DNA of 64,000 bases from assembly GCA_965222125.1 (NCBI GenBank), contig CBDCTC010000005.1:403699-467698 (forward strand), read 5' to 3'. The notes under the pieces were generated by a model. The model did not search any database, was not told the DNA's origin, and was given only the letters and a program-made list of their open reading frames with translations. The DNA is from Dehalococcoidia bacterium (GTDB lineage Bacteria; Chloroflexota; Dehalococcoidia; Lucifugimonadales; CAZENU01). A program made the translations under genes and the position numbers. Shown here piece after piece: positions 54,955 through 63,503 of this stretch; within the stretch, counting starts at the first letter, position 1, and each line of letters starts with the position of its first letter.

Positions 54955-56265
54955 TTGGAGTTCCTGCGCTTCTTGTCCCCAAACGCACGACGAAATTCCA
55001 TCAATGGAAGGGTTTCCTCCAGCTCAGCCCAGCCGGAAATGGACTTGCCAGGGGCAGACCGATGGGAGTGCGACCTACGACTGGATTTTCCTGATCAAGA
55101 GTCCGCGCGCGTCGACTGGGGACAGTACCTCCGAAACGTTGAGGTCGAGGTCAGGCTGGAACCTCGGCGCTTAGAGCACGCCGCTGTGTCGCTGGAGTTA
55201 GCCTACGCTGCCGACAAGGCCAGCGTCGTGCCTGTTGAGAGCCGAGAAATAGGGCTGCAGGACGGGATCGGGGTCGCTCGCTTCGGCGAGTTCCAAGTTA
55301 TCACCGGGAGGATTGCACCTAAGAAGCTGCAGTGCGCGCGGAGCGGGAAGTACAGACTCACCGCACGGGTCGAGTCCAATGGAGCTCAAGTTGCCCGGTC
55401 GTCCCGCAACTTCTACGTGAAAGAGGATCCGCCACCTCACGGCCCCAATCCATATGCGACCTCGATTTCCGTAGAGAACCACACGACCCCGCAGCGCCGT
55501 ATCAACAGCGGCGACACCATAGGCGTGCAGATAAGCGTGACAAATCGTACTTCACAGTCTCAGACCTTCGCACTCACAGCAAGCCTAGGGGAACTCCTGC
55601 TAGATGATATGCTGCCCGTGCCAGCGGATGGGACCCCTCCCGGCGCGACGCCAGTCCGAGTGGCGGGCATCCACACCCGGATCGTGGTTAACCCAGCCGT
55701 GCCCGGTTCGCAGCAGTCCATCAAACTGCCGCCGGGCAAACACGATCTGCGCGCCGACCTCTACCTTGATGGAGAAGTCGTTGCACACGCTAGCCGCACT
55801 GTCTATATCGACGTTGACCCCGTGCAGCCGGACGACTGGCCCCCGTTTAGGATCCAGCAAGTATCCGGTGAGGGATACCACCCCCGCTGGCAGTTTCATA
55901 GAAGAAGTCAGGATGACTGGGTATTGCAGTACCCACCCTCCTATCCCCTATACCGGGCCCTGGAGGGAAGTCCTAGCCGTAGTGGGAGTCGGCTATCAGG
56001 CGTCTCGGCGTTCGTAATCGACGTCTGTGCGGAGGGAATAATCGAATGGGCGGTGGAGCCGCTGGATGTTGGCAACTCATCACGATTGGATGAATTGTTG
56101 GGCGGCGCTCCGGCTGGTGTGGACCCGGACCTATGGGAGGACTATTGCGAGAAGATGGGGGAGCTAGCCAGTCTGCGCCGTACCCGAGAGCAGGTTGACA
56201 AGTACGGGCATCTGGTCAGGGAGTGCGCCGCCCTGTCCTTGAGTCTGTTCGAGGAGCGCGGGTGA
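54955..56265 (+). CDS. Hypothetical beta-rich protein (Ig/CARDB-like segments + helical C-terminus); start uncertain
   Basis: TTG 54955 is preceded by gaggg at a 7-nt spacing. An alternative ATG is at 55039. SISVENHTTPQRRINSGDTIGVQISVTNRTSQSQTFALTASLG looks CARDB/Ig-like. It could instead be the frameshifted continuation of the GHKL gene. Confidence 0.5.
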   Translation: MEFLRFLSPNARRNSINGRVSSSSAQPEMDLPGADRWECDLRLDFPDQESARVDWGQYLRNVEVEVRLEPRRLEHAAVSLELAYAADKASVVPVESREIGLQDGIGVARFGEFQVITGRIAPKKLQCARSGKYRLTARVESNGAQVARSSRNFYVKEDPPPHGPNPYATSISVENHTTPQRRINSGDTIGVQISVTNRTSQSQTFALTASLGELLLDDMLPVPADGTPPGATPVRVAGIHTRIVVNPAVPGSQQSIKLPPGKHDLRADLYLDGEVVAHASRTVYIDVDPVQPDDWPPFRIQQVSGEGYHPRWQFHRRSQDDWVLQYPPSYPLYRALEGSPSRSGSRLSGVSAFVIDVCAEGIIEWAVEPLDVGNSSRLDELLGGAPAGVDPDLWEDYCEKMGELASLRRTREQVDKYGHLVRECAALSLSLFEERG

Positions 56266-57065
56266 TGCCGGTCAAAATATGGGACCGCACGAGCGACGGC
56301 GCGTTGACCAGCAGGGTGGAGACCTCCCGCAGTCATAGCTACAGAGGTGAGCGGTATCGTGCCGATGCCGAAACATTGGATGAGGAGATCGACCGGATGC
56401 TGGATCAGGCCGTAGCGCTATCGGCGTGTGTTCCAGCGATAGGACCCAAACAACAGCCTTTCGTCAAGCGTTGGGCTGTCGGTAGGGCCTTGGTTGAATC
56501 GAGTCTCGCGGACTCAGAGTACTTGGAGACGGAAGAACAGAGATGGCTGTGGCTGGCGATAGCCCGGAAGTGCAGGCTTGGTGTTCGATCAGACTGTCGC
56601 CAGGAGGAAAGTTGGCGAGAACTAATCCCAAATCGAGAATCCGATCCCGAAAGGATCGAGCGCGATGTCTTTGCGATGGGTAGGTGGCTTCAGGAACAAG
56701 AGATCGAACCGGCGATGGCATCTTTCGGCGCCAGTCTGGCTAACGCGCGAGAAATTCACCGCCGGAGCGCAATCAACTCAAAGAATTTGCGCGAAGCCCT
56801 CGCTCACTGGTTCGGTGAACTGTCTCCCTCGCACCGGTCTGAGCTCACGAAGAACGGAAACTACGTACCGCTCGCGAAGGCATTGGCAGGACGCTTCCCG
56901 GCCCGCGGGCCGGGCTCGGCCAAGCGGCCGGTACACTACTCAGTGGAAGAGTTGTACGGGGAAGTGTGTAAGGTGCTTGACCCAATGGCAGCTGATCTGG
57001 CTCCCGGGAACGGCTACCCCGTAGTCAGCAGGCCTCAAGTTCGGATCGGCCGGAGAGCCTCATGA
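56265..57065 (+). CDS. Hypothetical alpha-helical protein (266 aa)
   Basis: The ATG overlaps the preceding stop by 1 nt (TGATG). No motif recognised. Coding-like composition on the same strand as the operon. Confidence 0.5.
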   Translation: MPVKIWDRTSDGALTSRVETSRSHSYRGERYRADAETLDEEIDRMLDQAVALSACVPAIGPKQQPFVKRWAVGRALVESSLADSEYLETEEQRWLWLAIARKCRLGVRSDCRQEESWRELIPNRESDPERIERDVFAMGRWLQEQEIEPAMASFGASLANAREIHRRSAINSKNLREALAHWFGELSPSHRSELTKNGNYVPLAKALAGRFPARGPGSAKRPVHYSVEELYGEVCKVLDPMAADLAPGNGYPVVSRPQVRIGRRAS

Positions 57066-57307
57066 CGGAGTGGTCTCTACAGGACGCGAAGAACAATTTC
57101 AGCGCGCTGGTGAACGCCGCGCTGGCCGGCGAACCCCAGCGAGTTACCCGTCGGGGACGGCCCGCGGTGGTTGTGCTGGCGACGGAGGAGTACGAGCGAC
57201 TTTGCCGCTTGGAGAAGGCCGTCGCTCCGACTCTAGGTGAGCTGCTTCTCGAAATCCCGCAGGACGACCACGAGTTCGACCGGCTTGCCGTTCCAGACTG
57301 GCTGTAG
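57062..57307 (+). CDS. Phd/YefM-family type II antitoxin, no cognate toxin gene downstream
   Basis: MTEWSLQDAKNNFSALVNAALAGEPQRVTRRGRPAVVVLATEEYERLCRLEK is a classical Phd/YefM N-terminal domain. ATGA overlap with the upstream gene. A convergent gene starts 3 nt after its stop. Confidence 0.8.
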   Translation: MTEWSLQDAKNNFSALVNAALAGEPQRVTRRGRPAVVVLATEEYERLCRLEKAVAPTLGELLLEIPQDDHEFDRLAVPDWL

Positions 57308-57309
57308 GA

Positions 57310-58269
57310 CTATCCCCAGCCGCGGAGCTCGTTCACCATTTCGTCGACGATGCGGGGGAGGTCGTACTCCGGGCGCCAGCCCCATTCGCGGCGGGCGTTG
57401 CCGTCGTAGATGGAGCCGAGAGCGCGGCGCTCGTCGTGGACGGCCTGCACCGCGGGGTCGGGCCGAAAATCGAGCCTGGCGCCGGGCAGTCGGGCCAATA
57501 TGGCGTCGGCCAGCTCCTGAGCGCTCGGTGTGGGCGTAGTCCCGGCGAGCAGGTATACGACCGTCTCGATGCGGTCGGCGGGCGCGGCCGCGAGCCTGAC
57601 GATCGCCTCGGCGGCCTCCCGGATGTAGATGATGGGCACCCTGGTGCGGGGCTTCACGAATATGGTGTAGGGCTCGTTTCTCGCGCTGGCCTCGATCGCG
57701 CGGGACGTGTACTGCGATATTCCGGGCGTCGTCACGCCGGGCCCGACGATCGAGGGGTACCTGATCCCGCGGAAGTCGAGGCCGAACTTGCGCCTGTAGA
57801 AGCGGCCCATGTGCTCGCCGAACAGCTTGGTCGTCCCGTAGAACATCGCCGGCCGCTGCAGCGTGTAGTCGTCGACGCCGTCCTCGGGCAGATCGTGTCC
57901 GTAGGTGTTGATCGTGCTGGCGAAGAGCACCTGCGAGACGCCGTGGGCGCGGGCGGCCTCGAGCACGTTGAATGTGCCGACCGCGTTGGCACGAAAGGCG
58001 GCGGCGTGATCGGCCTCCGAGGGCGCGGACAGCATCCCGCCGAGATGGTAGATCGCGTCCGGACGGCTACTCGCCACGGCCGCGTCGACCTCGGACGCAT
58101 CCCCAAGGTCGCCGCGTATGACGGTTGTCTTGTCAGACAGGCCGCCCAGCCGCGCGGCCGACGGGTCGAGGTCGAACAGCGTGATGTTCGTCTCGCCTTG
58201 GGACAGCAGGACGCGGGCGACCTCGGAGCCGAGGAAGCCGGTGCCGCCCGTGATCAGCGTGGCCGCCAT
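57310..58269 (-). CDS. NAD-dependent epimerase/dehydratase (extended SDR)
   Basis: LITGGTGFLGSEVARVL Rossmann motif and YGTTK catalytic YxxxK. Confidence 0.85.
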   Translation of the reverse strand: MAATLITGGTGFLGSEVARVLLSQGETNITLFDLDPSAARLGGLSDKTTVIRGDLGDASEVDAAVASSRPDAIYHLGGMLSAPSEADHAAAFRANAVGTFNVLEAARAHGVSQVLFASTINTYGHDLPEDGVDDYTLQRPAMFYGTTKLFGEHMGRFYRRKFGLDFRGIRYPSIVGPGVTTPGISQYTSRAIEASARNEPYTIFVKPRTRVPIIYIREAAEAIVRLAAAPADRIETVVYLLAGTTPTPSAQELADAILARLPGARLDFRPDPAVQAVHDERRALGSIYDGNARREWGWRPEYDLPRIVDEMVNELRGWG

Positions 58270-58691
58270 CAGTCAGAAGCGGGCTCGAACTTGGGCAGGG
58301 TGACCTCGTTGGTTACGTCGTCGAAGGTCACCGCGACCGCCATGCCGATGCAGATAGCCTCGGGGTCCGGCTCGATGCCGACGAGGTTGGTAGGGAAGCG
58401 GACGCCGTCCTCGAGCTCGACTATCGCCACGACGTACGGGACGTCGCCGCGGAAGCCGGGATGAGGGGAGCGGTGGACGATCCCGAAGGTGTGAAGCCGG
58501 CCGCGGCCGCTCGACCTGGTCCACGACGTATTGCGGGAGAAGCACGTCGGGCAGATGTCCCGCGGGTAGAAATAGGCCTTCCGGCAGTCGTCGCAGCGCC
58601 GGAGCCAGAGCTCGTGCTCGCGGGCTTTTTCCCAGTAGAAGTCGGACTCCGGCTGCGGCGTCGGCAGGGGATTCTTGTAGGGCTGACTCAT
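58269..58691 (-). CDS. Zn-ribbon / OB-fold protein (DUF35 family), thiolase partner
   Basis: Start at MSQPYKNPLP. CDDCRKAYFYPRDICPTCFS is the zinc ribbon, followed by an OB-fold-like segment. Directly downstream of the thiolase-like gene. Confidence 0.8.
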   Translation of the reverse strand: MSQPYKNPLPTPQPESDFYWEKAREHELWLRRCDDCRKAYFYPRDICPTCFSRNTSWTRSSGRGRLHTFGIVHRSPHPGFRGDVPYVVAIVELEDGVRFPTNLVGIEPDPEAICIGMAVAVTFDDVTNEVTLPKFEPASD

Positions 58692-58702
58692 TGGTAGTAC
58701 CG

Positions 58703-59845
58703 TTAGTCGCCAGCCAGGACGACTGTGCCCGTGGACGACATCGCGCCTCCGGTGCCGTGCGCGATAGCCGTCCCGCAGTCGCCGACCTGCCTGGCGCCGC
58801 ACTCGCCGCGAAGCTGTCGGACCGCCTCGACGACGGTGAAGACCCCGTACATCCCCGGGTGGGTGTACGAGAGGCCGCCGCCGTTGGTGTTCAGCGGGAA
58901 ATCGCCGCCCGGCGCCGTGCGCTGGCCCCGGACGAAATCGGGGCCCTCGCCGCGGCCGCAGAAGCCCAGCGCCTCCAGGCTGACGAGCGCGGTGTAGGTG
59001 AACGAGTCGTAGACCACCGCCAGATCGACGTCCGAGTGGGAGACGCCGGCCATCGCCATCGCCTTGCGGCCCGTCTCAGCGGCGACGGACGTGGTGAGGT
59101 CAGGCATCTGGCTGACCATATCGTGGTCGTGCCCCTCCGCCGCGCCCAGTACCCAGACGGGTTTCGCTCGCAGGTTGCGGGCGCGCTCCTCGGTCGTGAT
59201 CACCACCGCGGCGCCGGCGTCCGTGACGAGACAGCAGTCCACAAGGTGAAAGGGCCACGATATCCACGGCGAGTCGTGGTAGTCCTGTAGCTCCATCGGG
59301 CGGTCGTGCATCAACGCCCGCGGGTTGAGCCGGGCCCATTTCCGGGTCGCGACCGCGATCTCGGCCATCGCCTCCCGGGTGCGGTCCTCGCCGTAGTCGT
59401 GCATGTACCGTCTGCACATCATCGAGTAGTACATCGGCGGGTGGGTGATCCCGTACGGGACCTCGTACTGAACGTAGGGCCGTGCGCGGTCCTCGGCCGG
59501 CCGCGTTCTCCCGCTGCGGCCCGCCTGCCCGTGCGTAATCATGGCGACCTCGCAGTAGCCGGCGTTGATCGCGGCGACCGCGTGTGCCACGTGGACGACG
59601 AAGGACGACCCGCCGACGTAGGTGCTGTCGGCGAAGGACGGCCGGATTCCCATGTACTCTGCCGTGATCATCGTGGAGAGCCCGGCGGTGAACAGGCCGT
59701 CGACGTCGTCTTTGTTCAGCCCGCAGTCGTCGAGGGCGTTGTACGCGGCCTCGGCATGGTGCTGCAGCGAGGACTTGTTAGGGACGACACCGATCTCGTC
59801 CGACTCCGCGACCCCTACGATGGCGATTCTCTTTGGAGTGGGCAT
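58703..59845 (-). CDS. Thiolase-family (SCP-x / lipid-transfer type) protein
   Basis: 380 aa. IAIVGVAESDEIG...; GGSSFVVHVAHAVAAINAG; NTNGGGLSYTHPG; HGTGG. Confidence 0.85.
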   Translation of the reverse strand: MPTPKRIAIVGVAESDEIGVVPNKSSLQHHAEAAYNALDDCGLNKDDVDGLFTAGLSTMITAEYMGIRPSFADSTYVGGSSFVVHVAHAVAAINAGYCEVAMITHGQAGRSGRTRPAEDRARPYVQYEVPYGITHPPMYYSMMCRRYMHDYGEDRTREAMAEIAVATRKWARLNPRALMHDRPMELQDYHDSPWISWPFHLVDCCLVTDAGAAVVITTEERARNLRAKPVWVLGAAEGHDHDMVSQMPDLTTSVAAETGRKAMAMAGVSHSDVDLAVVYDSFTYTALVSLEALGFCGRGEGPDFVRGQRTAPGGDFPLNTNGGGLSYTHPGMYGVFTVVEAVRQLRGECGARQVGDCGTAIAHGTGGAMSSTGTVVLAGD

Positions 59846-59866
59846 CCGGTAGGAGGTGGGACGGTG

Positions 59867-60547
59867 CTAGACGACGACCTCCCGGAGGTCGTCGGGGACT
59901 ATCAGCTTCGCTGCCGTCTGCGATTGGACGTATTCGGGCGTGCAGCCGGGGGCGATCTCCCGCAGCAGGAAGCCGTCCTGAGTGACCTCGAACAGGCCCA
60001 GGTTGGTGGAGACCAGGCTGACCACGCCGGGCGTGGTGATCGGCAGGCTGCAGCGGGTCAGCAGGCGGGGCCGGCCGTCACGCGTAGTGTGGTCCATGAC
60101 GATGAACACTAGTTTGGCCCCGACGGCCAGGTCCATCGCGCCGCCTATGCCGCCGCCGGTCCTGCCTGCCGTCTTCCAGTTGGCGAAGTCGCCGTTCTCC
60201 GAGACCTCGTACGCGCCGAGGACTACGACGTCGATGTAGCCAGCACGGATCATCGCGAACGAGTCGCTCTGGTCGGTGATCGCGGCGCCGGGAAGCAGGG
60301 TAGTGTACTCTCCGCTGGCGTTGTTGAGGTGCAGGTCCTCCTCGCCCTCGGCGGCAAGCGGGCCGTAGCCGATCACCCCGTTTTCGGCCTGAAAGACGAC
60401 CTCCCTGTCGCTGAGGTCGTAGTTGGCGCAGAGCGTGGGCATACCGAAGCCGAGATTGACTACCCAGCCGTCCTGGAACTCCATCGCGAGCCGGTCGCAC
60501 CTGGCCTGCCGCGAGAGGCCGATCTGCTTGGGGCGTTGTCCTGTCAT
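59867..60547 (-). CDS. 3-oxoacid CoA-transferase subunit B
   Basis: VNLGFGMPT, SENGDFANW, GGAMDL motifs. Confidence 0.88.
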   Translation of the reverse strand: MTGQRPKQIGLSRQARCDRLAMEFQDGWVVNLGFGMPTLCANYDLSDREVVFQAENGVIGYGPLAAEGEEDLHLNNASGEYTTLLPGAAITDQSDSFAMIRAGYIDVVVLGAYEVSENGDFANWKTAGRTGGGIGGAMDLAVGAKLVFIVMDHTTRDGRPRLLTRCSLPITTPGVVSLVSTNLGLFEVTQDGFLLREIAPGCTPEYVQSQTAAKLIVPDDLREVVV

Positions 60548-60616
60548 GGCGTCCAGTGTGATGGGGCGCTGGAAGATCGGGCCGTCCGGTCCAGCCGCAG
60601 ACCGTGCCCCCGCATC

Positions 60617-61336
60617 TCATCCATCGGTCGCGGCGTCCCAGATGCCATCCGGCGCTGGCGGAATCTTGACGATGCGGTCGACGACGAGTCCCGGCGTGTG
60701 CACCGCGTCCGGGTCTATTTCGCCGGGCTCGACTATGTGCTGCTCGACCTCCACGATGGTCGCCTTCGCGGCCATCGCCATGATCGGGTTGAAGTTGCGC
60801 TGCGTCAGCCTGAACTGCAGATTGCCGATGGCGTCGGCCCGGTAGGCGCGTATGAAGGCGTAGTCGGCCGGCAACGGGAATTCGAGGATGTAGTCGAGGC
60901 CGTCGATGGTGCGGAGTTCCTTCCCCTCGGCGATCTCGGTCCCGACGCCCGTGGCCGTATAGAAGCCCCCTAAGCCGGCGCCGGCGGCCCTGATCCGCTC
61001 GACGAAGGTGCCCTGGGGGACGAGCTCCGACACGATCTCGCCGGCCTCCTCCTTGATCTCCAAGCTGCTCTTCCTGGAGGGGTAGGGGGACGCCGTGAAC
61101 GCGCAGATCATCTTCTTCATGCGGCCGGCCTCGATCAGGTGCCCCACGTCCATCACCGCGCCCGGGTTGCCGGGACGGTTGGAGATGCCGGTCAGGTCCT
61201 TCGCCCCCTGGCGAAGCAGCGCCGCTATGAGGTTGCGAGGGTAGCCGGTGCGGCCGAAGCCGGGGAACATGATCGTGGCCCCGTCGGGGATGTCGGCCAC
61301 GGCCTCGTCCATCGTCTGTACAATCTTGCTGCGCAA
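60617..61336 (-). CDS. 3-oxoacid CoA-transferase subunit A
   Basis: DGATIMFPGFG and ELVPQGTFVERIRAAGAGLGGFYTATGVGT motifs. Confidence 0.88.
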   Translation of the reverse strand: MRSKIVQTMDEAVADIPDGATIMFPGFGRTGYPRNLIAALLRQGAKDLTGISNRPGNPGAVMDVGHLIEAGRMKKMICAFTASPYPSRKSSLEIKEEAGEIVSELVPQGTFVERIRAAGAGLGGFYTATGVGTEIAEGKELRTIDGLDYILEFPLPADYAFIRAYRADAIGNLQFRLTQRNFNPIMAMAAKATIVEVEQHIVEPGEIDPDAVHTPGLVVDRIVKIPPAPDGIWDAATDG

Positions 61337-61557
61337 GTCTCCTCGCCCCTAGCCTCAAGCTCGCAGTAGTGTAGGAGCGCGCCCCCTGAGTGTCAACGCA
61401 TTCGGCACGGCTCCGGATGGCGCCGGGACGAGGGTAGTCCGGGCCCCGGCGCATGTTAGAATCCCGCGCGGGAGCGAATCGGCGAGGGCCGGAAGTTTCG
61501 GGAAATCAGCGGCCCGTGGACCTCGAAGTACGTTCGGCCCAGTCTGAGGACTCTTGT

Positions 61558-62763
61558 ATGCATGACGTGATCGTGGCGGGAGCAGGTCCCGCGGGCAACA
61601 TGGCGGCGTTGCGCCTGGCCGAGGCGGGCCGCGACGTCCTCGTATTGGACTGGCGGCACAATATCGGCGACAAGCTGTGCACCGGCATCATAGGCAGGGA
61701 GTGCTTCGAGCGGTTCCAACCCGACCCTGAAACGGTATTCCACGAGGCGCGCTCCGCACGCGTCTTCTCCCCGTCCGGCGCGAGCTACAGGTTCCAGCGG
61801 GACCGTCCCGAGGCGTACGTGATCGATCGAGTGGCGTACGTGGCGTCGCTGTCCCGCCGCGCGGAGGACGCCGGCGCCTCATATGTCCTCGGCGAAAAGG
61901 TCGTCGGGATATCCGAGAACGGCCGCGGAGTGGCCGTCGAAACGGTCGGCCCGCAGGGGAGTGCTACGTACTCGGCCAGGGCGCTCGTGATCGCCAGCGG
62001 GTTCGGCACGCCGCTGCTGAAGATGGTCGGTCTCGGTGACGGCGCCTCGCTCCAATACATGATCGGCTGCCAGGCGAAGGTGTCGGCCCGAGGTCTGGCG
62101 GAGACCGAAGTCTACCTGGGGAGCGCGCTCGCACCCGGCTCCTTCGCGTGGCTCGTGCCGCTGCGTGGATCGACGGCGCTGGCCGGTATGGTGTCGCAGG
62201 AGCGCGGCGGGGGTCACATGGACCGCTTCCTCGATATGCTGCGCGACGGCGGCCGAATCGACTCGGTGGCTGACCAGCCGCGACGCTGGGGCATTCCCAT
62301 CGAGCCGCTGCCGAAGACGTTCGGGGACCGAGTCGTGGTCGCGGGCGACGCGGCCGGCCTTGCCAAGCCTACGACCGGGGGCGGGATCTACTACTCGCTC
62401 CTTTCCGGCGAGATAGCGGCGGACGTCATGAATGACGCGATAGCCGTCGACGATCTGTCGGCCGAAACCCTCGCAGCGTATGAGGGTCGCTGGAAGGGCG
62501 TCTTCGGCGCCGAGCTCGACGTCGGCTATTTGGCGAGAAAGGCCTTCGAGTACCTGGACGACGGACAGATAGACGCCCTGTTGGATACGCTGGTCTCGCG
62601 CGGCGTCCACCGTGACGTGGTGTCGTCCAACGAGTTCGCCTTCGACTGGCATAGCCGCATGATCCTGAAGGCCCTGCGCCACCGCCGGATGATCGGGCTC
62701 CTTCGGACCTTCGGCCAAGGGGTCACGCCACTGCTTGCCCGTCTCGCCAAGTCAGCGGAATAG
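61558..62763 (+). CDS. Geranylgeranyl-reductase-family FAD-dependent oxidoreductase
   Basis: Start at MHDVIVAGAGPAGNMAALRLAEAG. VVVAGDAAGLAKPTTGGGIYYSL motif. Confidence 0.8.
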   Translation: MHDVIVAGAGPAGNMAALRLAEAGRDVLVLDWRHNIGDKLCTGIIGRECFERFQPDPETVFHEARSARVFSPSGASYRFQRDRPEAYVIDRVAYVASLSRRAEDAGASYVLGEKVVGISENGRGVAVETVGPQGSATYSARALVIASGFGTPLLKMVGLGDGASLQYMIGCQAKVSARGLAETEVYLGSALAPGSFAWLVPLRGSTALAGMVSQERGGGHMDRFLDMLRDGGRIDSVADQPRRWGIPIEPLPKTFGDRVVVAGDAAGLAKPTTGGGIYYSLLSGEIAADVMNDAIAVDDLSAETLAAYEGRWKGVFGAELDVGYLARKAFEYLDDGQIDALLDTLVSRGVHRDVVSSNEFAFDWHSRMILKALRHRRMIGLLRTFGQGVTPLLARLAKSAE

Positions 62764-62938
62764 GCGGCTCACCGGGTAGCAGTCGGCTTCGACCGCGGCA
62801 CAGCGCAATTCGGCCTCCCGGTACAGGCGGCGCCCATCTCACCGACGCGAACGGCGACGTGTTCCAATGCGGCGGGGCGGCTGCTATCCTTGGCGGCGGC
62901 CCGTACGCGGCATCCCATTGGTGGAACGAGGTCCCGAG

Positions 62939-63460
62939 GTGACGGCCCGAAGAATCGTTCAGGCGCCCGAGGCGGTGCTCAGACGCAAGGCCAGGCGAGT
63001 CAGAGCCGTCGACGCCCAGGTCCGCGCTCTGGCGCAGGACCTGATCGACAGCCTGCCGCCGAACGGGGTCGGCCTGGCCGCGCCGCAGATCGGCGTCTCG
63101 CTCCAGGTCGCCATCGTCAAGATGCCCGAGGACGAGGCTCCCACCGTACTCGTCAACCCGAAGGTCGTCCGCCGTCAAGGGGAGCGCGAGATAGGGGAGG
63201 GATGCCTGAGCCTCGAGGGCTACGAGGGAGTCGTTACGCGGTCGCGCAAGGTCCGCGTCAGGGCGACCGACCTCGATGGCAAGGAGATACGGATCAAGGC
63301 CGCCGACGACCTGCTGGCGCAGGCGCTGGAGCACGAGATAGACCACCTCGACGGAGTCCTGTACGTCGACCATCTGGTATCCGAGGACGCACTCACCATG
63401 CTCGACGAGTCGGATTCCGACGATCCGGACGGACGGCAGTCCGGCGAGGACGGCGGTTGA
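62939..63460 (+). CDS. def: Peptide deformylase
   Basis: GTG start (VTARRIVQAPEAVLRRKA). GVGLAAPQIG, EGCLS and HEIDHLDG motifs. The ORF extends upstream to 62867. Confidence 0.9.
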   Translation: MTARRIVQAPEAVLRRKARRVRAVDAQVRALAQDLIDSLPPNGVGLAAPQIGVSLQVAIVKMPEDEAPTVLVNPKVVRRQGEREIGEGCLSLEGYEGVVTRSRKVRVRATDLDGKEIRIKAADDLLAQALEHEIDHLDGVLYVDHLVSEDALTMLDESDSDDPDGRQSGEDGG

Positions 63461-63503
63461 GTTCCGCATGACCGAGAGCGCCCATCCCAGGCTCTCCTGA
63501 AAG

